Source: Chiloscyllium plagiosum (lineage: Eukaryota). From it: a stretch of DNA of 64,000 nucleotides. The position numbers and the translations under genes were made by a program. Below the pieces are notes generated by a model, which saw only the letters and a list, made by a program, of their open reading frames with translations, had not been told where the DNA came from and made no database searches. The DNA is taken from positions 2,051,701 through 2,115,700 of the forward strand of contig NC_057720.1 in the NCBI RefSeq assembly GCF_004010195.1, given 5' to 3'. Shown in pieces: positions 26,186 through 37,477 of the stretch (position 1 is its first letter; each line of letters starts with the position of its first letter).

Positions 26186-28214
26186 TAAATTGTGGGTCAA
26201 CATAATTAGCACACTCAGGATTATTCGACAAATGCTATTGATTAACAAGATCACATTGAATAATATGACTTATATATTCAAGGGTCAGTCATGTTTAAAT
26301 TAGATTTTATGTTTGGATCAATCTTGTTGTAAGACCACACTTCAAGAACATGCGAAGTCTTCAAGTCTCCACATGACACAAGTAATACGATACTGGAGAA
26401 GTTGCAGAAATAGATTTATGAGACAGACTGAGAGGTTCTGACCATTAGAAAAGACTAAAGAGACTATGGTTGCATTCTCCAGAAAAGAGAATGCTGAGGA
26501 TGACCGGGAAAGCAGGGGTTCCAACAGGATAGACAGATAAATGTTGTCACTTGTAGATGAGACAGGAAATAGGGATCAGAATTGCAAAATATTCTGCATC
26601 AATCCAATGTGGAACTTAGGTTGGGGGGGTGGGGGTGCGGTGGTCACGGTCTGAGGATTCAGGTGTACCATTTAGAACAGAGATGAGGTGATGTTTCTTC
26701 ATCTAAAGAGTGGTGAGTGGAATTCATTACCACAGGAAGTAGTTGATGCTAAAACATTGAATGCATTTAAGAGGTGGCTAGATATAGCAAGTGGGGCAAA
26801 TAGGATCAAAGGTTATGGGAGAAAGCAGGATTAGGTGATTGAGTTGGACAATCAACTATGATAAGGATAAATATTAGTGCAGGGTCGAAGGGCTGAATGG
26901 CCTCCTCCTGCTCCTATCATCTACATTTCTATGAACTGAGGGAAAAACCTTTTTATTTGGTGGAGGAGGAGATTGCTGTGTCGCATGAAGCTTAGCGCAG
27001 AGGACTGGGACTGAAAAGACTGATTTCATTTGTTTTATAGATCAATAAATATGATTAAGTCATCAATTGGGAACATTTAAACTCTTAAACTACAAATGAC
27101 CCCATCTTTTAAACAAATAGAAACTGTATATTCTAAGCTATGATAAAACTGATGTAAAAACTAGACAACAATAATTTTGTTTCCAGCAGATTATATTCCA
27201 CCTTACCCCCAGCCCCCCCCACTCTGAGGGCAGACCAATAATGGAAAAGTAGCACTGTCAGTTCTGCACATTCAATGTAATTCTGATTAAGACTGACAAA
27301 CAAATGCAAAAGAGAATTTAAAAAAAACCTCATTACCCAATATGGGGGAGAATGTGAAACTTACTCCCACAGGGAGTGATTGATGTAAATAGTGTGGATA
27401 CATTTAAGGAGAGGCTAGATAATCACGATAGGAATAGAAGGATCTGGTGATCGAGTGAGATGACAAGAATGTGGGAGGTGGCTATTGATGAAGAGCAACA
27501 CAAAGACAGAGCAGATGGAGCAAATGACATGTCTCTGTCCCGTGTTCCATGTAAAATGTGAATTGTGCCAGTGCCAAAAAGTAACATACAGCAGTTGTTG
27601 GAGATCTGAAATAAAAACAGAAAGTGCTGGAGAAATTCACCGGGTGTGGCAGAATCTGTGGAGAGAGAGAAACACAGTTAACTTCTCAAATCCTACCTGA
27701 CTCTTCCTGGAAACTTGGAAACCTGCTCAAGAGAGCGGGCACATCCAGGGTCACCATTACAGGTCAATTCCAAAAGGCACGCAGAGGGGATTGACAGCTG
27801 CACAGTTAGGGAATGTCAAGACTCAGTTCAGGGCTTGTCTTACACAGTGCACAACAGCTGCTTCTTCAGGAACTGTGTGCCTTTGACAGTTCTCTGAGGA
27901 GAGCAAAGCTGTCCAGAAAAGTTCCTTTGACAATCCAACAGCGGTGATAAATAGATGCAACTGAAATCTTGTCACTTAACAATTTGTGCTGCAAGATGCT
28001 CCAGACTGAGTTAACTTCAGAGGGTGTTTCTGAATTCATATAGAAGGATGCGGGGAAATTATTTTCCTGATGGAATTTTATCAGAAAATTCTAAGAACTT
28101 GGGATCATAATTCACACAGTTTTCCTTCTGAGCACAGTTAAGTGGCTGTCACAGCTCTGTCAGCAGATTGCAACATGCATCCAACTTTCTTGGAGATCTA
28201 ACATGACTCACAAT

Positions 28215-28758
28215 GCACTGCAATCTGTTAGAGGGTCGGTACTGAGGGAGTGTCGCACTGTTGGATGGTCAGTGCTAGGAGAGTGCTGCACTGCCAGAGG
28301 GTCGGGGCTGAGGGATTGCTGCACTGTCAGAGGGTCAGCACAGATGGAATGCCACATTGTCAAAGGGTCAGTACTGGGGGAGTGCTGCACTGTCAGAGGG
28401 TCAGTGCTGAGGGAGTGCTACACTGTCAGAGGGTCAAGGCTCAGGGAGTGCCGCACTCTCAGAGGGTCAGTGCTGAGAGGGTGCGACTCTGTCAGAGGAT
28501 CAGTACTGAGGGAGTGATGCACTGTCAGAGGATTAGTATTGAGGGAGTGCTGCACTGTCAGATGGTCAGTACTAAGTGAGTGCAGCACTGTCAGAGGATC
28601 AGTACTGAGGGAGTGCCACATTGTCAGAAGGTCACTGCTGAGAGGGTGCTGCACTGTCCAAGGATCAGTACTGAGGGAGTTCTGCACTGTCAGTAGGTTA
28701 GTATTGAGGGAATACCGCACTGTTGGAGGGTCAGGGCTGAGGGAGTGTTGCACTGTCA
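28215..28758. repeat. 33-bp minisatellite (cactgtcagagggtcagtactgagggagtgctg), ~16 copies
   Basis: Direct tandem array; gives spurious 11-aa-periodic ORFs (CCTVRGSVLRE). Confidence 0.95.
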
Positions 28759-28849
28759 CATTCAATGCAGTGGAGGGCAGGCTTTGTTTCCCTGGTGTTT
28801 GGAGGGTAGAGCCACTGGGCAGATGCAAGTATCCAGCAGGCTTTCTATT

Positions 28850-30250
28850 CATTTGTGGGATGTGGGTTTCACTGGTTGGGCCAACATGATTGTCTGCTTC
28901 ACGTTGCCCTTGAGAAGGTGATGGTGAGCTGCCACAATCATCTTCATCTGTGCCAGGTATAACTGTAACTAGTGACAGATTTGCCCTTTCATTTCAGTTT
29001 TGGCTGAATTTTGGCATCTGTGATGATGTGAACTTTGGAGGAGTCCAGGTGGATCATCCACTCTGTACTCCTGGTTAAAGATTACTGTGAATGGGTTATC
29101 TTTTGCGCTTATTTGTTGGGCTCTTCCATTCTTGAGGATGGGGATATATATGGAGCCTTCTCCACCAGTGAGTTGTTTAATTTTCCATGACCATTCATGA
29201 CTGGATATGGCAGGACTGCCGAACGTAAATCTGACTCATTGGTTGTGGGCTCATTCAGCTCTGTCTATTATTTGCTGCTCATGCTGTTTGGCATGTAAGA
29301 ACTCGTTTGGTGGCTTCACCAGGTTAACACATTGTGCTCAGTGCTGATACTGGCATGCCCTCCTGCAGTCTTCATTGAACCATGGTTGATTCCCTAGCTG
29401 CGTTTTAATGGTAGAATGGGGAAATGTGCTAGACCATTGAGGTTGAAGATTGAAACGGAGTACAATTCTGTTGCTGTTGATGACCCACAGTCTCTCACGG
29501 ATACCTAGACTAAGTTGGTAGATGTGTTCAAATTCTGATCCATTTAGCACAGTGAAAGTGCCAAACAGCATGACGAAGGATATTGTCAATGTGAAGGTGA
29601 GGCTTTGTCTCCACTGGGACAGTGCAGTGATCACTCTTACAGGTGTATCTACAGCTGACAGATTGGTGAGGATGAGGTCAAGTATGTTTTTCCTTCTTGT
29701 TTGTTCCCTCACCACCTGCTGCAAGCCCAGTCTACAGCTATGTCCTTTGGGACCAGACCAGCTCAAAAAGTAGTGCTGCTGCCGAGCCACTCTTGGTGGT
29801 GGAGATTGAAATCCAGAGTATGTATTGTGCTCTTGTCGCCCTCAGTGCTTCCTCGAAGTGTTGAACAACATGGAGATGTACTGATTCATCAGCCAAGGGA
29901 GGACGGTGTGTAGTAATCAGCAGGAGGTTTCCTTGCCCATGTTTAACCTGGAGCCACGAGACTTCATGGGGTCTGGTGTCAATGTTGAGAGCTCCAGGGC
30001 AACTCCCTCCCGACTGTATCCCATTGCACGGCCACCTCTGCTGGGTCTGTCCTGCCAGTGCAACAGGACATATCCAGGAATGGTGATGGTGGTGTCTGAG
30101 ACATTGTTAAGGTCTGACTCTGTAGGTATGACTATGTCAGGCTGGTGTTTGACTAGGAGCAAATTACTGCAGGTACTAGAATCTATATAGAAAGCAATAA
30201 ATGCTGGAAATCCAAGCGGCTCAAACAGACAGCTCTCCCAATTTGGGACC
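28850..30250 (-). mobile_element. Ancient non-LTR retrotransposon (CR1/L2 group) APE fragments
   Basis: LVKHQPDIVIPTES...PGYVLLHWQDRPSRGG; LQQVVREQTRRKNILDLILTN. Confidence 0.7.
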
Positions 30251-30261
30251 AGACCCCAACT

Positions 30262-30864
30262 TTTTATTTTATTTCAAAAATATACTTTATTCATAAAATA
30301 CTTTAATGGTCTGTACAGTTGGACATGCCATACTTATGTAAACATTCCTTTTGTTTGCATACCGAAAACAGAGTAATCATTCCTATTTACAGGTCGGTAC
30401 GATTACATTTTTAGCTGAGGTTCAACAGAGCCCAAATGACTGCACGGGCCCCCTGTTCTTCTTTAGGCAGGCAGATGTTACACAGTGGTCTTTCCCCACC
30501 GCGCCTTGGCGGCAGCTGCCCCAAGCTTCAGCGCATCCCTCAATACGTAGTCCTGTACCTTGGAATGTGCCAGTCTGCAACACTCAGTCGGAGTCAACTC
30601 CTTCAGCTGGAAGATCAACAGGCTTCAGACCGCCCAGAGAGCGTCCTTCACCGAGTTGATGAGCCTCCAGGCACAGTTGATGTTCGTCTCGGTGTGTGTC
30701 CTGGGGAACAGGTCGTAGAGCACGGAGTCCCGCATCACGGCGCTGCTCGGGACGAACCTCGACAAACACCACTGCCTTCCTCTCCAGACTTCTTCTGCGT
30801 AGGCACGTTCCAGAAGAAGGTGTGTGACAGTCTCGATCCCCCCCCACCCCCGCAGCCGCTTTGA
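30262..30864 (-). mobile_element. L1-clade (Tx1-like) LINE 3' end with A-rich tail
   Basis: ORF 30625-30900 has ETVTHLLLERAYAEEVW (CCHC zinc-knuckle remnant) and INSVKDALW. T-rich tail starts at 30261. Imperfect 16-bp TSD at 30246-30261 and 30865-30880. Confidence 0.8.
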
Positions 30865-30887
30865 GGGCCAGACCCCAGCTGATGAAG

Positions 30888-31095
30888 TTAAAAATCTCAC
30901 AACACCAGGTTATAGTCCAACAGGTTTAACTGGAAGCACTAGCTTTCGGAGCGATGCTCCTTCATCAGGTAATAGTGACTATCAGTCGCTCCGAAAGCTA
31001 GTGTGCTTCCAACTAAACCTGTTGGACTATAACCTGGTGTTATGTGATTTTTAACTTTGTACACCCCAGTCCAACACCAGCATCTCCAAATCATG
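30888..31095. mobile_element. Fold-back PLE mini-element (family B): inverted pLTR pair
   Basis: ~30885-30954 is the reverse complement of ~30985-31057. TSD cca(g/a)ctgatgaag at 30875-30887 and 31096-31108. Nearly identical to 9300-9410. Confidence 0.88.
30937..30971 (-). ncRNA. Minimal type I hammerhead ribozyme motif, core intact (family B)
   Basis: Minus strand reads UAC-CUGAUGA-A-GGAGC-AUC-GCUCC-GAAA-GC-UA^GUG. Confidence 0.72.
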
Positions 31096-31120
31096 CCAAC
31101 TGATGAAGACACTGATAGTG

Positions 31121-31209
31121 GGGGCGGGACACTGGTGCTGGGGGCGGGGCAGAAGGAGCACGGGGCGGGACACTGGTACTGGGGGCGGGGCAGAAGGAGT
31201 ACGGGGCGG
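31121..31209 (+). promoter_or_regulatory. 41-bp tandem repeat with five GC boxes; candidate ACADM promoter edge, runs into the gap
   Basis: Units 31121-31161, 31162-31202 and a partial third, each full unit with two GGGCGG. Promoter role is inference. Confidence 0.45.
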
Positions 31210-31906
31210 NNNNNNNNNNNNNNNNNNNNNNNNNNNNNNNNNNNNNNNNNNNNNNNNNNNNNNNNNNNNNNNNNNNNNNNNNNNNNNNNNNNNNNNNNNN
31301 NNNNNNNNNNNNNNNNNNNNNNNNNNNNNNNNNNNNNNNNNNNNNNNNNNNNNNNNNNNNNNNNNNNNNNNNNNNNNNNNNNNNNNNNNNNNNNNNNNNN
31401 NNNNNNNNNNNNNNNNNNNNNNNNNNNNNNNNNNNNNNNNNNNNNNNNNNNNNNNNNNNNNNNNNNNNNNNNNNNNNNNNNNNNNNNNNNNNNNNNNNNN
31501 NNNNNNNNNNNNNNNNNNNNNNNNNNNNNNNNNNNNNNNNNNNNNNNNNNNNNNNNNNNNNNNNNNNNNNNNNNNNNNNNNNNNNNNNNNNNNNNNNNNN
31601 NNNNNNNNNNNNNNNNNNNNNNNNNNNNNNNNNNNNNNNNNNNNNNNNNNNNNNNNNNNNNNNNNNNNNNNNNNNNNNNNNNNNNNNNNNNNNNNNNNNN
31701 NNNNNNNNNNNNNNNNNNNNNNNNNNNNNNNNNNNNNNNNNNNNNNNNNNNNNNNNNNNNNNNNNNNNNNNNNNNNNNNNNNNNNNNNNNNNNNNNNNNN
31801 NNNNNNNNNNNNNNNNNNNNNNNNNNNNNNNNNNNNNNNNNNNNNNNNNNNNNNNNNNNNNNNNNNNNNNNNNNNNNNNNNNNNNNNNNNNNNNNNNNNN
31901 NNNNNN
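31210..31906. other. Assembly gap (697 N)
   Basis: Run of N. Confidence 1.
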
Positions 31907-32085
31907 TACAATTACAACATTTAAGAGGCATTTGGATGGATATATGAATAGGAAGGGTTTGGAGCGATATGGGCCGGGTGCTGGCAGGTGGGACTAGATT
32001 GGGTTGGGATATCTGGTCGGCATGGACGGGTTGGACCGAAGGGTTTGTTTCCGTGTTGTACATCTCAATGACTCTATGTTCCACT

Positions 32086-32219
32086 TTCCTCATTCCTGAA
32101 GAAGGGCTTATGCCCGAAACCTCGATTATCCTGTTCCTTGGATGCTGCCTGACCTGCTGTGCTTTTCCAGCAACACATTTTCAGCTCTGATCTCCAGCAT
32201 CTGCAGTCCTCACTTTCTC
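32086..32219 (+). mobile_element. PLE mini-insertion (family A) in the tail of a CR1 3' end (31907-32085)
   Basis: Perfect 14-bp TSD ctctatgttccact at 32072-32085 and 32220-32233. Confidence 0.9.
32092..32127 (+). ncRNA. Minimal hammerhead motif (family A); core and stem II intact, stem III palindrome broken (ACCU)
   Basis: AUUC-CUGAAGA-A-GGGC-UUAU-GCCC-GAAA-CC-UC^GAUU. Confidence 0.5.
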
Positions 32220-33024
32220 CTCTATGTTCCACTATAGTATGTCACCAGTCATAGAGCCTTGTAAACCTCAATAAGGTCGCCCCTCACCCTTCAGTGCTCC
32301 AGGGAAAATAGTTCTTGAACATTTTGCCCGATCTAGTTCTTGGGAATGTGGTGTAACAAGTAAATCAACTTAACAATTGTGTCACAAACCTTATGCTCAC
32401 ATTGGTAAGACCAGGAACAAACCAAAATAAAATCTTTAACTGAAGGAAAGCCAACTTTAAACACAGATCTGAACCAAATAGATTGATGTCAGAAGCCTCA
32501 TAGGAAAAGCAATAGGTGGTCCATGGGTTTCTTTTAATGAGGGAAAAGTGTGTGAAGTCAATGTACATTTCCTTGAAAGGGAAAGGTGTGGGAAACAAAC
32601 CTAGTGCTTATTTGGATAATCAAATAAGATGAAGTATGAGTATGCGCTTGAGAATTTGGTAGATTCAAAAGGAGAGTACTCCCTAACTCCCGAAGGCAAT
32701 ATTTATTATCGTTGCTATCGTGTTGGATTTGACACAGTAACTCTGGTGTTTCTCACCACAGATGTTGTCACAATCTGCTTTAAATGCATTTCAGATCTCC
32801 AGAATCCACAATATTTGATTTTCCAGTAGTACCATAATTTGTCCTTAACCTTAGCTGGTCACATTCTTTGTGAGCTTGCTCTGCTCAAATTTGCTGCAGT
32901 GCTTTGTTAAAGGAGTTAAACCACAAAAATCAGAAATTACTGGAAAAAATCAGTTCTGGCAGCATCTGTGGATGGAAAACACAACCTGTTCTGAAGAAGG
33001 GTCACTGGACTCAAAATGTTAACC

Positions 33025-33918
33025 TAGAACATAGAACAGTACAGCAAGGGACAGGCCCTTCAGCCCACGATGTTGTGCCAACCATTGATCCTCATGTATG
33101 CACCCTCAAATTTCTGTGACCATATGCATGTCCAGCAGTCTCTTAAATGTCCCCAATGATCTTGCTTCCACAACTGCTGCTGGCAACGCATTCTATGCTC
33201 TATCAGCTCTCTGTGTAAAGAACCCGCCTCTAACATCCCCTCTATACTGTCCTCCAACCAGCTTAAAACTATGACCCCTCGTGTTAGTCATTTCTGCCCT
33301 GGGAAATAGTCTCTGGCTATCGACTCTATCTATGCCTCTCATTATCTTGTATACTTCAATTAGGTCGCCTCTCTTCCTCCTTTTCTCCAATGAAAAAAGT
33401 CCGAGCTCAGTCAACCTCTCTTCATAAGATAAGCCCTCCAGTCCAGGCAGCATCTGGTAAACCTTCTCTGAATCCTCTCCAAAGCATCCACATCTTTCCT
33501 ATAATAGGGCGACCAGGACTGGACGCAGTATTCCAAGTGCGGTCTAACCAAAGTTTTATAGAGCACATCCTATCAGGTATGGCAAAGTGCTCTCTCCAAG
33601 ACAACAAGAAATTAACAGCCCTCTATACTATCAACAACACCTCCAACCCTTGTGTCGTCTGCAAACTTGCTGGCCCATTCTTCAATCCCCTCATCCAAGT
33701 CATTAATAAAAATTACAAACAGTAGAGGCCCAAGGACAGAGCCCTGTGGAACACCACGAACCACTGACTTCCAGGCAGAATATTTTCCTTCTACTACCAC
33801 TCGCTGTCTTCTGTTGGCCAGCCAATTCTGTATCCAGACAGCTAAGTTCCCCTGTATCCCATTCCTCCTGACCTTCTGAATGAGCCTACCATGGGGAACC
33901 TTATCAAATGCCTTGCTA
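33025..33918 (-). mobile_element. CR1 3' part inserted into a family D fold-back element (~32925-34010)
   Basis: ORFs 33612-33800 (FADD) and 33193-33453. Host GTT-CTGAAGA-A-GGGTC-ACTG-GACTC-AAAA-TGTT-AAC at 32988-33023 resumes as aactctgctttgtctccacagatgct at ~33919. Confidence 0.85.
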
Positions 33919-34879
33919 AACTCTGCTTTGTCTCCACAGATGCTATCAGACTTGGGTTTCTCAAGCTATTTCTTTTTGTTTCAGATCTCCTGCATTTCTT
34001 TGTTTTATTTTCGGAAATTATGTTGGTTTATTTTTTAACTTGGCTTTCACTCATCAAAATATTTGCTGACGAGCCTTAAAGAACTTGTTTACAGTTCTCT
34101 TACATAAACAATTCATATGGCAGTGTGATGAATCATGTATGTCCAAAGTTCAGTATGAGTTGGGATACCACACATCAGTCAAGTTGGAGGTTGCCTGTGT
34201 GACTGCTCTCCAAATTCTTGCACAACAGAACTGGTTATGATATCAGTTTACTATTTCCAAACATTAAGATTTTACATGTTAGCAGTAAGGTTAATTGCTA
34301 TTTTGAATTTTTAATTATTGGAGAGACGTGGATGATGGGAGCATGGCCAGCATTTACAGGGTGAGCCTGCGGTCTGTATTGTATAGCGACACCAGTATTT
34401 CTGTAGGGACGAGTCCAGGATCTTGTTCCACGGATAGTGAGGGGATGGTGTGTGGCATGGATTGATATGGCTTGTAGGAGGTGCTGTTCCCATGGTGTTT
34501 AGTTTCTCAAGCTCATCCAGGAAAGTGGAAAGAATTCCAGATTTTTGATCTGTTGGAGTTGGAAAGGTCTCAAGCGGTTGGGATATGTTAATCACTTACC
34601 CCAGAATACCAAGTAACTGGCCTGTTCTTGAAGGCACATTGTTTATGTGACCAATTAAAGTTTTGATTAATCATGATTCCTTGCCGGATTTTCTTTTAGT
34701 TCATGGAATGGGAATGTCACTACCTTGACCAGCATTTATTGCCCTTTTGGAAGTAATGGTGGACCACTTCATTGATCAGGTGCAGTTGATGATGATGTAC
34801 ATTGAGCAATGTTAATCTCAATACCAAATGGAGATGGTTTGACTGTCCCACACAAGAAAACTTTCTGATTCTGATTCAA

Positions 34880-37198
34880 TATGTGGAAGTACCTACTCTT
34901 GGGAAATAAGGCAGGCAGGTGACTAAGGTGTCAATAGAAGGAGCATTTTTGGACCAGCGACCATTATTGCATTAGTTTTAAAGTAGTGATAGAAAACGAT
35001 GGACCAAATTTAAAAGTTGAAGTTCTATGTTGGAGGAAGACCAATTTTGATGGTATTAGGCAAGAACTTTCAAAAGTTGATTTGGGACAGGTGTTTGCAG
35101 ATAAAGGGAAAATACGAAGCCTTCAAAAATGAGATAATGAGAGTCCAGAGACAGTATATTCCTTCTCAGATGGAAGGCAAGGTTGGTAGGTGTAGGGAAT
35201 GCTGGATGACTAGATAAATTCAGGTTTTGGTTAGGAAAAAGAAGGAAGCATATATCAGGTATAGATAGCAGAGACTCAGTGATTCCGAGACTATAAAAGG
35301 CTGTAGAAGTATACAGAGGGAAATCAGGATGGCAGAAAGGGTTGAGGAGAATTCAAAAGAATTCTAGAAGTATGTTAAGGACAAAAGAATAGCTGGGAGA
35401 AAATTGGACCCCTCAAAGATCAGCAAGGCAGCCTATTTGTGGAACTGCAGGAGATGGGGGAGATACTAAACAAATACTTTGCATCAGTGTTTACACTGGA
35501 AAAGGATACGGAAGATATAGAATGTGAGGAAATAGATGGTAACATCTTGAAAAATGCAAATATTATAGAGGAAGAGGTGCTGGATGTCTTGAAACACATA
35601 AAGGTGGATAATCCCCAGGAACTGATCAGGTGTACCCTAGACATCTGTGGGAAACTAGGGAAGTGGTTACTGGGGCCCTTGGTGAGATGTTTGTATCATC
35701 AATAGTCACAGGTGAGGTGCCGGAAGACTGGAGGCTTCCAGTCATGGTGCCACTATTTAAGAAAGGTGGTGATGAAAAGCCAGGGAACTATAAACCGATG
35801 AACCTGACATCAGTGGTGGACAAGTTGTTGGAGGAAATCCTGAGGGACAGGATTTACATGTATTTGGAAAGGCAAGGACTGCTTAGGGGTAGTCAATATG
35901 GTTTATGTGTGGGAAATCATGTCTCACAAACTTGATTGAGATTTTTGAAGTAGTAGCGAAGAAAATTGATGAGGCAGAGTGCTTGATGTGATCCATATGG
36001 ACTTCAGTAATGTGTTCGACAAGGTTCCCCATGGTAGATTGGTTAGCAAGGTTAGATCTCACGGAATACAGAGAGAACTAGCCATTTGAACTGGCTCAAA
36101 GGTAGAAGACAGAGGGTGGTGGTGGAGGGTTGCATTTCGGACTGGAGGCCTGTGACCAGTGGTGTGCCACAAGGATCGGTGTTGGCTCCACTGCTTTTCA
36201 CCATTTCTATAAAAATGATTTGGATGTGAACAAAAGAGGTATAGTTTAAGTTTGCAGATGACACCAAATTGGAGGTGTAGTGGACAGCGAAGAAAGTTAC
36301 CAGCTTACCTCAGAATACAACAGAATCTTGATCGGATGTGCCAATGAGCCGAGGAACGGCAGATGGAGTTTAATTTCGAAAAGCAAATTAGAGCAGGACT
36401 TATACAAATTAGATAGATTAGATTAGATTAGATTCCCTATAGTGTAGAAACAGATCCTTCGGCCCAACAAGTCCACACCGACCCTCCGAAGGGTAACCCA
36501 CCCACCTACTCCATACTAATGCACCTATTGTTATGGGCAATTTAGCATGGCCAATTCACCTGACCCACACATCTTTGGACTGTGGGAGGAAACCCACGCA
36601 GACACGGGGAGAACTTGCAAACTCCACGCAGACGTTGCAGCTGTACAAGACTTTGGGTAGGCCACGTTTGGAATATTGCGTGCAATTCTGGTCCCCCTCA
36701 TATCGGAAAGATGTTGTGAAACTTGAAAGGGTTCAGAAACTATTTGCAAGGATGTCATTAGGGTTGAAAGTTTTGAGCTGTACGGGGATGCTGAATAGGT
36801 TGGGGCTGTTTTCCCTGGACCGTCGGAAGCCAAGGGGTGACCTTATGGAAGTTTATAAAATCATGAGGGGCATGAATATAATAGAAAGTTTTTTCTGGAT
36901 GGGGAAATCCAAATCTAGAGGGCACAGGTTCAGAGTAAGAGGGAAAAAATTTAAAAGAGACCTGAGGGGCAACATTTTCAGGCAGAGGGTGGTGTGTGTA
37001 TGGAATGAGCTGCCAGAGGAAGTGATGGAGGCTGGTACAATTGCAACATTTAAAATGCATCTGGATGGGTATATGAATAGAAAGGGCTTAGAGGGATTTG
37101 GGCCAAGTGCAGGTGGGACTAGATCAGGTTAGGATATCTGGTCAGCATGGACAAATTGGACCGAAGGGTCTGTTTCCATGCTGTACATCTCTATGACT
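34880..37198 (+). mobile_element. CR1 LINE ORF2 to 3' tail, with a minus-strand V-SINE fragment at ~36408-36633
   Basis: ORFs 35439-35705, 35630-35935, 36533-37132; tail ctctatgact. Confidence 0.9.
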
Positions 37199-37477
37199 AG
37201 ACCTGGGCATTGACATTTATTGGCTTGAATATTACTTGTTTTTTGTCAGCCCTAGCCTGAATATTGTCCAGTTTTGTCTGCAGATAGCTTCAGTGAGAAG
37301 ATACTAAACATTGTGCATATTCTCACTTCTGACTTTATGATGGAAGCAAAGCCGTTGATGAGGCAGCAGAAGATGATTGCACTTTGAACACCATCCTGAG
37401 AATCACCTGCTGAAGTCATGGGACTGAATGATTGACTTCTGACAAGATGAATCAAGATGTTTCTTCACCAGGAGCTT

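Noticed and set aside
27898..27930. Peptide SCPEKFL recalling SLC44-family CPEKFL
   Set aside because: Flanked by in-frame stops, no further similarity and no splice sites; chance match.
28215..28758. CRISPR-like array
   Set aside because: Contiguous tandem units with no unique spacers, no cas genes, eukaryotic context.
28203..28889. Cys/His-rich repetitive ORFs resembling zinc-finger or keratin-associated proteins
   Set aside because: Translations of a 33-bp minisatellite; open on both strands, no splice context.
30939..32093. Longest ORFs in the track (273-384 aa)
   Set aside because: Artefacts of translating through the N gap.
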